Assembly: GCF_016433145.1 (NCBI RefSeq)
Contig: NC_058131.1
Coordinates: 642,406,862-642,470,861, forward strand
DNA: 64,000 nt
Source: Gracilinanus agilis
Taxonomy: Eukaryota
Reading direction: 5' to 3'
Shown in pieces: positions 27,600 to 40,999 of the stretch (the first letter of the stretch is position 1; every line of letters starts with the position of its first letter). The notes under the pieces were generated by a model. The model saw nothing but the letters and a program-made list of their open reading frames with translations, was not told where the DNA came from and made no database searches. The translations under genes and the position numbers were made by a program.

Positions 27600-27705
27600 C
27601 ACTCTCACTCACTCTCTCTCACACACACCCACGCACATACAAACACACACATACACGCATGTGCTCACACATACACACATGTACACAAAAATACGCACAC
27701 ACACC
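27600..27705. repeat. Degenerate (CA)n-rich tract
   Basis: Imperfect CA/CT repeats. Confidence 0.85.
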
Positions 27706-28821
27706 AGGTACAAAGTATTGGTATTCATATGACAACCAAAAATTCTCAGCTATTTTTCTTCTTTCTCTGTATGGAATGGGACAGCTTTTTTCCTATTCAG
27801 AAAGAAAATTAATTAGCTGTATATTATATTTTCTCAAAAATGTTACCACAAATAACAGACTTGTAAAGGAGTATTTAAAGTTGACCTATGGTTTTAACGT
27901 TGACATAGCGACCTAAAAGTTGGGACACAACAGCTGCTAAAACTTGTTATTTATGCCATCCACAGCTTTGTTCCCTTATTCCCTTCATGCTTCCTCGTCT
28001 CTTTTGCTATATTTTAAAAAGTCCTCATCTCTTTTGCCATAATTTTTAAAAAGTAAAAAAGAAACTCACTCTGTCATATACAATTCTATTTTAAAATAGG
28101 AAATGGGATTACTCTGAGATGTCACTGTCAATTCATCACTATTCTTACCTGAAGTCCAATTGAAGTATTTATACTATAGCAAGCTGAAATTTTGAATTCT
28201 ATTGCCTTATTCTTCACATTATTCAGGAAAACAATTTTGGGAAGCCAATATGATTTTTTTTAGGCTCCAGAGGTATGATTTTATTAGTCTAAAGAACACC
28301 CAGTTCCTTGGAGTTACCTGCTGCTAAGGATACTGATGCAATTGCTCTCAATCTAAAAGAGTCACCTGGGTGCCTAAGGGTTTTAGCAATGTTAACTAGG
28401 GCCAATCAGCCTCTATAATATGTCAGAAGCAGGGTATGACTTTTCCTTACAATCAAGACACTAGATGTTCTCTCTATATGCTGCCTCTCTAAATGAAAAT
28501 GATTTTCTGCACCACAGTGGTACATATGGTGGTATCTTCAAAAGATAAACATTTCCGGAAAAGCATTCTATGACAAATGTAAACTTTGAAGCTTGAAATC
28601 TGTTAGCTTCAAATTAGGATCCATTTCGGAACATTACAAACAGAAGGGATTCTGAAGATCACCTATTCTAACCCATCCAAATTCATACATGGAGGCCATG
28701 GGAGGCAAAGTTACATCAAATAAACAGTCCAAATGAAACAAGAGTCCAGAGTCTCCTAACCCATCCAGAGTTCTTTAGACATCATATTCTCTTGATTGAG
28801 TTCTCAAAATTTTATGGACAA

Positions 28822-29003
28822 GAGACAGCTAGGTGGCTCAGTGGATAGAGCACCAGACCTGAACTCAGGAGGATCTAGGTTCAAATATGGCCTCAGACAC
28901 TTCCTAGCTATGTGACCCTGGGCAAGTCACTTAACCCTGTTTGTCCAGCCCTCATCCTTTTCACTTAAAGTTGTTACTAACAAAGGAAGGGTTTTAAAAA
29001 AAA
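28822..29003 (+). mobile_element. CORE-SINE
   Basis: Head cagctaggtggctcagtggatagag. Approximate TSD aaaattttatgga. Confidence 0.85.
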
Positions 29004-29323
29004 AATTTTTATGGATGTAGCTACTAAGTCACAAACTGAACAGAATCACTTTGGAGCAACTCAGATTTATGGGGATACAGGTTCACTTTAGGTTACCACA
29101 ATAGAAAATCACGCTACATAATCCAAATCTCATGCAAAGTACTTATGTCTCAGAAGACAAATGACTCATGAAGCACCAGAAAGGGTACCCAGAGCATTGG
29201 CACAATTCAGGGTTTGAGTTTCAGAGATTCTGGGAAAGAGATGCCTCATTTTCCCCATTACAACACAAGTTCACTGAGGGCTGAGATTGTGTTTTATTAG
29301 ATTTAAGATTCTTGCCCTCCCTG

Positions 29324-29324
<1 letters not shown>

Positions 29325-29382
<58 letters not shown>
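29325..29382. repeat. (CA)n microsatellite
   Basis: Perfect run. Confidence 0.98.
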
Positions 29383-29385
<3 letters not shown>

Positions 29386-29492
29386 GCTTAAACATAGAAG
29401 GTACTTATCTGCTTTTATTGAATGAGTTTTCCATTTCCTAACTATACTGCGCCCCTACTCCCTGGGTGAATGACTACAGGAAAGCTCGTTAC

Positions 29493-29494
<2 letters not shown>

Positions 29495-29532
<38 letters not shown>
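29495..29532. repeat. (CA)n microsatellite
   Basis: Perfect run. Confidence 0.98.
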
Positions 29533-29534
<2 letters not shown>

Positions 29535-30602
29535 CTCATGATAGATCATTTATGCCATTCCTGATCTCTACTTTCAGTTAGGAAACCTCTAAAACTGTAA
29601 TTATAATAGTATAAACACCAATCAAATGATATATGTGTAAAGTGCTTTGTAAACTTTAAAGGGCCATGGAAATGTTAGCACTTAATCATATTAATGGGCT
29701 CTTCTCAATTCTTGGATTTTCCAGGATGGAAATGGGAATTAAAAAGCAGATTTTGGCCAAACCATAAAACAAGACACTAGTCATTCAGATATCAAAGTCA
29801 TTTGCACTTTTGCTGTGGCCTGGGGAGCAACGATCATAGGTAGCACATGGGAAGGTTCTGGGAGACACAACCTGACTTTGTAAAAGGCTCTTGATAGCCA
29901 GATCTCTCAGTTGAGCAGGCTTGCAGAGAAGCGATCTCATCTTGCCAAGAGTAATGGAGAAACTCGTGGCAAAATGAAGACAAACTATTCAAAGATGGAT
30001 TATCACAGCACAGACAACAGCAAGTCTCCCCTGTGCACTAGCAAACACACACTAACACAGATGAACATATACACAATCTCTAACTTCTTCCTTCAATCGG
30101 CACTGCCTTAATGCCTGCTACATCAATATGGTTAACAATGATACTCTGGATAATTATCTCCTAAATTATAGCCTGGGAAGACTTAAGTTCATTTTACTGT
30201 GAGTTGGAAAAAAGGGGGGGGGGTGCAACAAACAGGGGCCAAGTATTTTAGAAAGAAAGGGGCAGAGAGGCCTGCAGCTATTTATGGAAGAGCTCAGTCC
30301 AAGAAACCTGGCTGTGAGAATTATGGCACAATGACGAACAGTTTTAATAATAGTGATTATTTAAGGCAAATTATACATCTGAGGCCAAATAACATCTTTA
30401 ATATCTTAGTATTTTGGGGGGAGAAGACTGACATAAGGGATAACTTTCAACTTCTTGAAGAGAATATCCTCAATTCTCTTTCCTACATGGCCTGACAACT
30501 GTGTTCTTTTTACTGGGAATCAGGAAATATATAGGATATCCTTTATAACAATAATGTGGAGAGTCAGTTCTGAGTGTGTACCTCAAAAAATCAGGTCCTT
30601 TA

Positions 30603-30798
30603 TTTTTTTTTGTTGTTTTTTTAAACCCTTAACTTCTGTGTATTGGCTCCTTGGTGAAAGAGTGGTAAGGGTGGGCAATGGGGGTCAAGTGACTTGCTCA
30701 GGGTCACACAGCTGGGAAGTGTCTGAGGTCAGATTTGAACCTAGGACCTCCTGTCTCTAGGCCCGACTCTTAATCCACTGAGCTACCCAAGCTGCGCC
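30603..30798 (-). mobile_element. SINE1_Mdo-like SINE
   Basis: Full consensus match. TSD is caggtccttta. Confidence 0.9.
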
Positions 30799-30859
30799 CA
30801 GGTCCTTTACTTTAGAGTCAAATCTTGCTCTTGGGCGTGGATAGATATGATATCTCCAA

Positions 30860-31047
30860 AAGAGGAAAATGTAAAAGATGGATAAATTTCAGGGAGCCTG
30901 TGAACTTAGATGAACAGGAAAAAAAAATCTTTCACTCACTTTGGTTTCCTTTGCCATCCTCCATGTTTTATTTCATATATTAAAAATATCATCTTAAGAA
31001 CGGTTTCAATGGCTTCACCAAACTACTAGAGGAGCCAAAAAGGATTA
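30860..31047 (+). mobile_element. Degenerate Charlie-like fragment
   Basis: tttcagggagcctgtgaactt...ggcttcaccaaact...aaaaaggattaaaacacttg resembles 47324-47561. Confidence 0.45.
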
Positions 31048-32100
31048 AAACACTTGATCAAAATTAGAAATATGCTTGACCCTATGGTTCTCAATTGTTC
31101 GGGTACTCCAACTGATTATGAAGAAGGTGCCACGTATATAACCACTATCAAAACATTTAAATAAATTTGGGCTACAAATTGGCCTTAAGAGGCTATGAAG
31201 TCTCTGTCCTTGTATTTAGGAAAAGTTGACCTAAGCCAGACCAAGCATATCTCTACTGGTTTTAAAGATCTTCAGAGAATTAAGTCCTGATTTTCAGACC
31301 CTTCATGGACAGCAGTCTTCTTTACCATTTTTGGCCAGACCTACAATTTCATTAACATAAGAAACTTTTCAGTGAATTCCCTCTACTAAGGCAGATAAGT
31401 AAGTGTTTTTGCAACTTCTAGTCTTAGCTTAGAATTGTATGAAAATACTGCTTTGCTTGGGATCAAACACCCACTATATGTGGGAAGTAGTTCTTGAAAC
31501 CCAGATTTTCCTGACTATAAGGCACATTCTCTATCACCAAGTCATGCTACTTTTCGCATACTCTTCCTTACATATCTAACCTAAATGAATCTTTTGAAAT
31601 GAATTTAAGTCATTCTTTTTTCTTTTATCAGTGAAAGTAGACAATATCTAATTACCATCTTCTATGTAACTATTTTTCAGATAGTAGAAAACATTTTTTT
31701 CCATCATAAGATGAAACCTTTTTCCTATAAAGTTGTTTCCAGTTGTCTATGGAGATTACTTTCAAATCAGTAATGGTGTCTGACAAAAACACATTGGGCA
31801 TGTTAGTCCAGAAATGACAACACAAGACTAGAAGCTACGTTCCTTCAGCTCTTTTGTTTTGGACTCCTTAGGTTATCTTGGATAAATCATTTTAAGTGGA
31901 GATCATACCAATAACCAACAGATTTTCAAGAGGAATTTGAGAATTAATAATAGTCAACCTTGATTATCTTATACAGTTGAACCAGATTTTTATGAAGAAA
32001 AAAGAAATCAATTTAAAATACATTCAAGGCAATTTACTAGTAGCAAAATCATAGCAATTATTTTTTTTAAAAGCTGATTTTCATTTAAAACACCAAGCAA

Positions 32101-32248
32101 NNNNNNNNNNNNNNNNNNNNNNNNNNNNNNNNNNNNNNNNNNNNNNNNNNNNNNNNNNNNNNNNNNNNNNNNNNNNNNNNNNNNNNNNNNNNNNNNNNNN
32201 NNNNNNNNNNNNNNNNNNNNNNNNNNNNNNNNNNNNNNNNNNNNNNNN
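32101..32248. other. Assembly gap (148 N) covering most of CPEB3 exon 3
   Basis: Run of N. Confidence 1.
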
Positions 32249-32286
32249 GAGTGCAAGTTAAATGTGTCATAGGGCCTATTCCGGTC
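32249..32286 (-). CDS. CPEB3: CPEB3 coding exon 3, 5' part only (remainder falls in the N gap)
   Basis: Acceptor ttttgtgtttctgtttctAG is followed by GAC CGG AAT AGG CCC TAT GAC ACA TTT AAC TTG CAC TC = DRNRPYDTFNLHS (human DRSRPYDTFNLHS), phase 0. The sequence runs into Ns at 32248. Confidence 0.93.
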
Positions 32287-34160
32287 CTAGAAACAGAAAC
32301 ACAAAACAAAAACAGTATATGATAAAAATGACTTCATAAAACATACACTGTATATTTTGCTTCCTAATCCCAATTAAATATATGAAAATATGCAATGCAC
32401 TAATTAGAAGCAAGGACTTCTACTTGACAACACATTTTTAAGCCTAGTCTAGTTATTCTTGTGTGCTTGAGAATAAGACCATAGAGATTCTCTTTGAGAT
32501 AGTCTTTAACTTGCATGTTTCACTCGTTTAGACAGTTAAAATGCTAAAAACATCTTCTCACTTAGTTAACTCCTTGGGCTTTTCCTTTTTCTTCCTTTGC
32601 TCGCCATCCCATGGCACTAATAGGCAACAAAACACCTCACTGAGACAATTACCACCAACATAAGGAAGAAGTATAGGGAGAAATGGCAGTATCACAATCT
32701 CCAAGCTGGACTTCTTTCCCCAGACAAACAAAAGTTGGCCATATTATTAACAAGGATACATTGTCAAATCCATTGTTAAAAAATTAAATAGCAAAACTTA
32801 ATTCTGAGGAAAAAGAAAACTGTTTTATTCATTCCTAACCAGTGGATCATAGGTTTTGGAGTCCAAAAAGAAGTTAAGGCTCATCTTGTCCAATCCCCTC
32901 GTTTTAGAAGTAGGTGAACCAAAGAACCATAGGGATGAAGTGACATATATCCAAAGCAGTCGACTTCAACTTTAACAAATAAAAAAGGCTTATACCCAGG
33001 GTATTATTTTCATAATGATTTATGGGATCATTCAGAAAATAAATAATAGATATCTGATTCAGAAATATAATATTCATACTTGTATATGTTTTAAGGGGGA
33101 GGGCTGAAGTAAGAAAATTAAGTTCTTTAATATTACTCTCAGAAAGAAATGCTATATTTGAATAATATAGATATATGGCATTTCCAAAAACTTGGACGGA
33201 GGTGAGGAACAAAAATTTGGTATAGTGAGTAAGGCACTAAATAAGGACTTGGAAAGATAGATCTGGGCTCAAAATCTGCCTTAGACCCTTACTGGCTAGA
33301 TGCCCTCATATGGGAGAGCCTCTTAACATCCCAGTGCTTCAGATTCCTCACTGGTAAGGTGAGGGGTTGTGTTCGGTGGCTTCTAAGCTTTCTTCCAGAT
33401 CTGTAACTACAACACTATAATCCTCCAAGTACAGTTTTTGGCATATGAGGGACATCCACATAAACCAAAAAACTGGGCTTCTATATTAATATACAAAAGA
33501 GCACTGATCTAAGAGAAGCTCTTAGGTGTTCTGAACTGTTGAAAATGTCAGACTTATGGGGACATCAGATTTTTAGAAGTGTGCATGCAAAGACAATGTC
33601 CCTTTTTTCTTGTACAAAGCATAACAACTGCCTAGGTGAGTTGAGCAAGAAATAGTTGGCCAATGCCTCTGGTGCTATATTTGTTTTTAGGCTAAGTCCA
33701 AGAGAGAATTTGGAAATACTTTCTTCTGGCTATTCAGAAGCTCTCTGGAATACTCACAGAGAGACACAGGATCCTATGTTTTGATCATTTAAAGGGCCCG
33801 TCTATTTCTGGTGGTGGTAAGGTTTGAAGAAGAGCAGGGAGAGGTTGCATTATTGTGGTATCATCAGTGTAGAATACTCTAAGTGTATAAACTCCTTCCA
33901 ATAAAGCAAACATAAAATTCATCTGAAATTTGTCTTAGAAAGTAGTCTGGGGATGATAAATGTTTAGGTGATTTGTTTAATATCGCACAAAGCTGTCAAA
34001 GGCAGGACTTGAACCTGTCACTTCCTGACTCCAAGGCTGTCCCACTATCTATCTTATATATTAACTCAAAGTTCTTCATTTTACAGATAGGAAAATAAAG
34101 TCAAGAGAGATGAAGATAAAGTTGCATGGCAAATAAATGGCTAACTCAAAACTGGATTTC

Positions 34161-34345
34161 GGAGGGGCAGCGAGGTGGCTCAATGGCCTGGATCAGAGAT
34201 CTTGGGTTCAAATTGGTTCTCAGACACTTCCTAGCATCACCCAGGCAAGTCATTTAACTCCAATCGCCTGGCCCTTACTACTCCTCTGCCTTGGAACCAA
34301 TACTTAGTATAGAGTCTAAAACAGAAAGTAAGGGGTTTAAAAGAA
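34161..34345 (+). mobile_element. CORE-SINE
   Basis: Head ggggcagcgaggtggctc and tail gccttggaaccaatacttagtat. Confidence 0.85.
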
Positions 34346-35556
34346 AGATTGTATTTCTATTCTTCTAAATGCAGATCCAGAGTTCTTTTGGCTATGCAGT
34401 GTTGTATGTGTTCACTGGCAAAAGCAGAAGTAGAATAGCTTTCAAATGAGAGGGGCAATGGCTAGAGCAAGCAAAGGAGTAACACAATGGAGAACAACAT
34501 ATTTCCATGACAAGCAAACATGAAAGCAAATATGAAAAGATCTATAAGAGTTGTACAAATGGAGATGGGGAAACGCTGTTTGGTCATATAGATAATTCTC
34601 CAAAGAGGAAATGGAGTATCTGCACTCTGATTTCAAGGATGTAAAAAAAAAGTATATTTATACAGTTTTAAAGATCAAAAGATTATAGTATTCATTTCTG
34701 ATTACAGAAGTGTTGGCACACAAGCTTAATTTTATTACAAATTTTATGAAATATAGAATAGAAAGTATTAGAGACAGTAAAGGTTGTCACATGAATTCAG
34801 ATACTTCTTAATGTCTCTTGGTAACAATTACTAAAAGCTGGCAGATGAAGTGGTTTTTTCTGACAATATTGCCTCTCATTTGTTCCTGCATTCCCCCTCC
34901 CATCTGGAAGATAATATTTTCTTCACTCTCCTCTCACTCTATACAAAGTTAACAAAGTTTAGTCATCCCTTCTCCAAGTTTCAAATTAGGGCACACAACT
35001 ATTACTTAAGAATGTCAAAATTTCCAGAAATTCTGTCTTATTGATCCCAACATATATTACTATATCTTTTTGGGGTGGGGCAAGAAAGTAATAGGTAAGG
35101 GGGAGGTGCAATCAGGAAGCATGATGACAGTCCATTAACTGTACTGAGAAACTTTTAGGAGCTTCTTTTCCTAATTCTTTTGGCCTCACTGCAACCTCAG
35201 TGGCACCAAGAGCATGAGGGGATTTTGAACTCTTGGGAATGGGGGAAGGGAAGAGAAAGAAGCCCATCAACTCCCCTGAATCTTAAAGGAAGAAAAAGAT
35301 GTCAACAGACTGAAATAAGGCAGGCAGGCATGCATCTTGGGCAAGAGGGAATAGTTAACAGTCCAGTTTGGCTGGATCGTGGAGTACAAGGAAGTAGAAT
35401 GAAATTAAGCTGGGAATGAAGGTCAAAAAGTTTACAGAAACCTTTAAATGTCAAATTAAGTAGTTGGTATTCCTTGTAGAAGCTAGCTGCCTGTTACTGT
35501 ATGAACAGCACTAGATATTTGAATTCAGAAGGCCTGGGTTCAAATTCAGATAAGTT

Positions 35557-35727
35557 GGGGCAGCTAGTAGATAGAGAGCCAGGCCTAGAGATGGAAGGCC
35601 CTGGGTTCAAATTTGACCTACTTGTATGACCTTGGGCAAGTCACTTAACCCCAACTATAGTCCTTTCTGCTCTTCTACCTTGGAACCAATACTTAGTATT
35701 GATTCTAAGACAGACAGTAAGGGTTTT
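35557..35727 (+). mobile_element. CORE-SINE nested in a MIR
   Basis: MIR sequence continues on both sides (about 35500 and 35730-35800). Confidence 0.75.
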
Positions 35728-38700
35728 ATCAGGCAAGTCACTTTCCTCATCTATAAAATAAAAAGGATAAATTTGATGATCTCTTAGATTTCAGCTTAAT
35801 CTAAGTCTGTCACCAGAGGCTTTTGAGCCAGGGAATGATGTGGTCCTTGTACATCAGAAAGAATATTTTATCAGCTGTGTGGAATGGAATAGACAGTATT
35901 ACAGCTCAAGCCCTCATCTGCTTGAGCACAGAAGCATGGTTGAATCTGCTGCCCAGGGACTTGTCTAGACTCAGTAGCATTCTGAACAGCTGAGTTTGCC
36001 AAATAAATTTGTGTTATTATATAGAGAGAATATGTTAAGAACCCAAAGTATAAGACAATTCATTTAGACCAATACAGGGACATTATATGTTGGTAAAAGG
36101 CAATTTACTTCTAATTCCAACCCCCTTGGATAAACTGGATAAATGAGCCTGGACTGATTAAACTGTAGAAAGGCAGATTTCAGCTCAATATGCAGAGAAA
36201 CTTTCAAACAATTAGAGGTATTGAAAAATGGAATTTTCCAATGATTAAAGTTTTTAAGGAGAGACTATGTGACTACCTTTTCAGGATGTTAGAGAATTTT
36301 TTTTAATTGTTTTGTGCTTGGACTTGCTGGCCTTTAAGGCTCATTCCAACTCTGAAATTCTCTGATCTCTCTCTCTATCCCTGACTAGAACAGAACAGAG
36401 ATAGGAACAGATGCCAAATGAAACAAGTGAAGTCCTAGAATGGCAGATTGGGGCTTTCAAGCCCACTTCTATTAAGGGCTGATTGTATAAACACAGCTGT
36501 GTCTAGTGTAAGTATCATAATCCATCATCCACCCAATCTCTCTTCAATGGAAAAAAGGAACCTGGGCTCAGATTTCATCTTTGATGCTTAATACCTGTGT
36601 GATTCAGTGAGAAATTTGACGCCTCCTCTGGCCTCAACTTACCCAATTGTAAATGCAAAAAGCAGACTAGATGGCATCTGAGATACCTTACAATTGGAAA
36701 TATATGATCCTATGACTCCACTGCCAGCTCTCCTGGTATAGTCCTCCAGAAATTCCTATCATGAAAGGTCATCTAACCCAAGCTGTCTTGTTTTCTGATA
36801 GGGCAACTAGAGTAAATAATAGTAATAAACAAAAGTCATTGTCAGCCCTCCCCAGTTGCATTCTAATCTCAGCAGATTCCCTAGAAGCTAATCTTTAGTT
36901 CCCTCTCATTGTCACAGACTTCTTAACTGAGGAGCTATTTTCTAGTTTGGAGATATAGTTACAGTATCCTAGAAAGATGACTTTGTAAGGGGCATGTTAA
37001 GCTAGGAGTGAAGGGAAGAAGTCCTGGGGAGAGCATTGTCCTTCAAAGCAGGAACAATATGCTAGCAACAATCTAGGGAAGGTAGATTAGATAGGATGGT
37101 AAGGCTTGCCCCGGGGGGTTGGGTCGGATCCCAAAACCAACTTTGCTGCTTTGCCTATGACCAGCCTTGCACCTGGTGGCCTGAAAGTTAAGGGAAGCCA
37201 GAGAAGCTTCTGTAACAGATTTGGTATACTTCAATGTGTACTCATTTGGAACAAACAAGTCTCTAGAGTTTTGCAATACCCATTCTTATTAGTTTTGCTT
37301 AATACACAGCATATGAAACATAGGATATGTGAAAAGCATGACGTGGAATTTGTAGAAGGTTCTTCACTGAACAAATTTCAATCCTTGGAGAGATTTACTA
37401 AAATTAATTCTAGTCATGCCTAGTCCATTTCCATTTGCCACATACTATTTGTCCATTTTGTTTTACAAGTAGTAAATTTTTCTGACATAACTGAATGACC
37501 TAAAAAGACAACAACATAAGGTTACAATTAGGGAAACTGTGGTCAAATAGTCCTCCTACTCCAACTGATTTTCATTGTGTTGTCACAGTTAATTACTCCT
37601 TATTAAAACTAAGCAATTAGTTTTCATTCAACGACCTATGTTAGAACTGTCCACTAACTTTGAAGTCTCTCATATTCTATTAGCCTATAGAGCAGAAGGA
37701 AGAGGAGCTGAAATCATCATTTTTCAAAAACAGAACAGGAAGTTTCTCAGAACTTTTATCAAAAGAATTCAATGATTGCATCTTATTCTCTAACTTCTGT
37801 ATATGAGCAGCAAAACAGCCCAACTCTTTACAGAGTGAATCAGAAGAAGCCATGCTTAACTATGTTATCTTAGAATGTCAGAGACCAAAAGAGAACTTCA
37901 AGATCTAAGGGATTAGTTTCCAGAGCTAGAAAGGACTCTTGAAGTTCACCTAATACAATCTCCCACCACTTCACTTTACAACTGAGGAAATTCTGGCCCA
38001 GAAAGGTTGAGGGATTTGTCCAAGATCACACAAGGTATAAAATTTGGGGTTATTCAAACCCAGGTCCTTTGATTCCAGAGCAGTATTCTTTTCCATATAA
38101 TGTATAATCAACTCTCATTTTAGAGAGAGGGATACCAAAGTCCTAAGAGACCAAGTGATTTATTTGCTTGTGACAGATAGCTACTTAAATGACAGAACAA
38201 AAACCTAACTTCTCCTTTTTTCAAGTAACTTGAAATCCTCTAGATTCTATAGCCCTCTTTTCTTCAACTTCCTATCATCCTTCCTCTCACCTAACTCTAT
38301 TCCTGAGATATAACCCTTCCCATACAAATTGGCATCTCCCAAACCTATACCCTCACTATAATATATTATACTCAGCTAGCTGCTGATTGACTCAAAAAAG
38401 GAGGCTATAACCATGGTGTTCTCGACCTTTGAGTATGAGGAACCATTTTTAAAGTAAAAAAACCCATTCGTTATTGCCGATATCATATCTGAACTTACTA
38501 CACTGACTAAATATATAACCAGAAGCTACTATGAGTTTAGTAATGTTTTCAAATGCATTTATGATTTGTCTACATATGCTTGAAGAATATTAATATGTGA
38601 AACATTTGCTTTTTCTATAGAAATTGTTTCCTTATTTGTGAATCTATAGATTCCTGGAAGCCTGTAGTCCACAAGTTAGGAAATAAGAACTTTGGCATCT

Positions 38701-39648
38701 GGATGGCATTTGTTGGTACTCTCAGGTCTACCTTCTCCTGCTATTCCCCAGCAGTATAGCAGACCCACCTGCTAACAGACCTATATCCTCTCTAAAGGAG
38801 GCATCAGATAAAAAAAGATGGAATGTATACAGGACATTACTGGATATAACTAGATTTGACATTCAAAGATGAACTTAAAAACTGAAACTGTCATTAAATA
38901 TATGACCTGGAACAACACACTAAATCTCTTGGAACTTCAGCTTCTTCATCTGCAAAACAGATTATGTACTTCAAGGGTTGGTCTATAGAAAGTGGCTTTT
39001 AAAACACAGAGTGCCGCAGAAATATAAATGCTTATTATCCAGGCTTTCTGACTCAGCCATAGAAGCCAATATGCTTTCATTTCCTATCCCTGAGACAAAA
39101 AAATAGATACAACAGCCCAACCAGTCTGATACCACTGTAGCAAAAGGTTAATTTGGGATCGAGCAATTATTGGCAACTATCTGCAAAGGCACTTGGGAAA
39201 ACAGGAAAGTCCTTGCCCTTGTGGAGCTTACAGGGTAAAGAGCAAGCTGACATAAACATAGACAGACTCATCAAACAACTTGTTCTTAGGTCCAAAATTG
39301 CTACAGGGGGGTCTGAGAAGGAAAGTAGTTTAAATGATGAGGTTGTGGGAGTAGGGAATAGAGAGGTACAGAAGAGAAATGTAGCATTTGAGTTCAACTT
39401 CAATAGATAAGAAGAGAAGTCATTCCTGATATAGAATACACACAGCATGAACAAAAGTATGGGGGTAGAAAAGCAAAGAGTTTGTTCATGAAATAGGTAA
39501 TAGGTGGTATGGATAGAAAGTTAGTAGGCAAGAGTATCATAAACATAGCACAGGGTAGATATTTGGCTGAAAATATAGAAGTAGTGAAGACCTGTCACAA
39601 AGCTCAAAATTAAGTTGGATAGAATTGAAGAAAGGTGGCAACTTTTTT

Positions 39649-39844
39649 TTTAAACCCTTACCTTCTGTCTTGGAGTCAATACTGTGTATTGGTTCCAAGG
39701 CAGAAGAGTGGTAAGGGTAGGCAACAGGGGTCAAGTGATTTGCCCAGGGACACACAGCTGGGAAGTGTATAAGGTCAGATTTGAACCTAGGACCTCCCAT
39801 TTCTAGGCCTGGCCCTCAATCCACTGAGCTACCCAGCTGCCCCC
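39649..39844 (-). mobile_element. MAR1/SINE1-related CORE-SINE
   Basis: Full length. TSD is aggtggcaactttttt. Confidence 0.9.
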
Positions 39845-40999
39845 AGGTGGCAACTTTTTTAAGAAAGGGCCCAGAAGAAAATAAGTATTAGAAGGAAAGG
39901 GGTATTTAGTCTTTACCACATGACCCTTTAAATATCAAAAAACATAATGTCAACATCCTACACCTTCCAGTGTTCTCTTTTCAGCCTAAACTTCTCTAGG
40001 TTTCTCAGATCTCATCTGGCATGGTTTCCAATCTCTCTGCTCATATACTGATTGCCCACTGATGTCATTCCAGTCCATCAATGTTTTTCCCAAAATGTGG
40101 CACTTAGATCTCAACTGAAGGAAATATTCTAGATGTAGTCTACACAAGGCAGATCACAGAAGGACTATCACCATTTTTACTCTGCACGCTATCCCAAATC
40201 CACCTGAGGGTAGCTTAGCTTTTTTAGCTATCATGTCAGAGTCTTGAATCTCAACTCTGATCAACATTTAATCACTCTGAGACTGTTTCCTCATCTATAA
40301 AATATGGATAAACCAGTATTATCTATATTCAAAGTAATAACTAGTCATTTTGATTCCTTATCTATGAAACATGGATAATATCAGGAATACTTCAAGGTCA
40401 CAACTAGTCATTTTGACCCCCAATGCCAGCTTCGCAAAAAATAGCCAGGACAAACAGAAGTAGTTTCTGTTGTTTAAAAAGTTAATTTAAGAATGGAAAT
40501 ATATTCAGGTATGGAATTATTGGGTAAGAAGAGAGCCTAAGAAACAAAGTCCTGTGGAAGGATGCCATCTGGCAGTTTCCTATTTTTAAAAAATTTTCTT
40601 GCTAACTATGTACAGAGCTCAATTATTTCTATCCTGCTGAAAGGAATAAAAAAACTATTGCCAATGCTCTCTAAATGATGGTGCCCTGGGACAAAACCCC
40701 AAGTTGCTCTGCTCTAGTTATGGCTCTACCTATTCCTCACATGACTGTTTTGTGACTCAAATGGCATCATGAATATAAAGTGGTTTGTAAAGTTGAAAGA
40801 ACTTTGTATAAAAGTCTGCTATTGCTGTGACCCATGTGGCTGACTCATTTTGATCTTACAATAATCTAAATTCCTAGATAATTTTCTGTACTAACTATTG
40901 TTTAGTTACCTTTCTCCATTCAGGACTTATGAAAGCAATTTTTTTCAGTCCAACTGTAAATTGTATGTTTACCTCCAATACTAACTACTTTTAAAAAAT

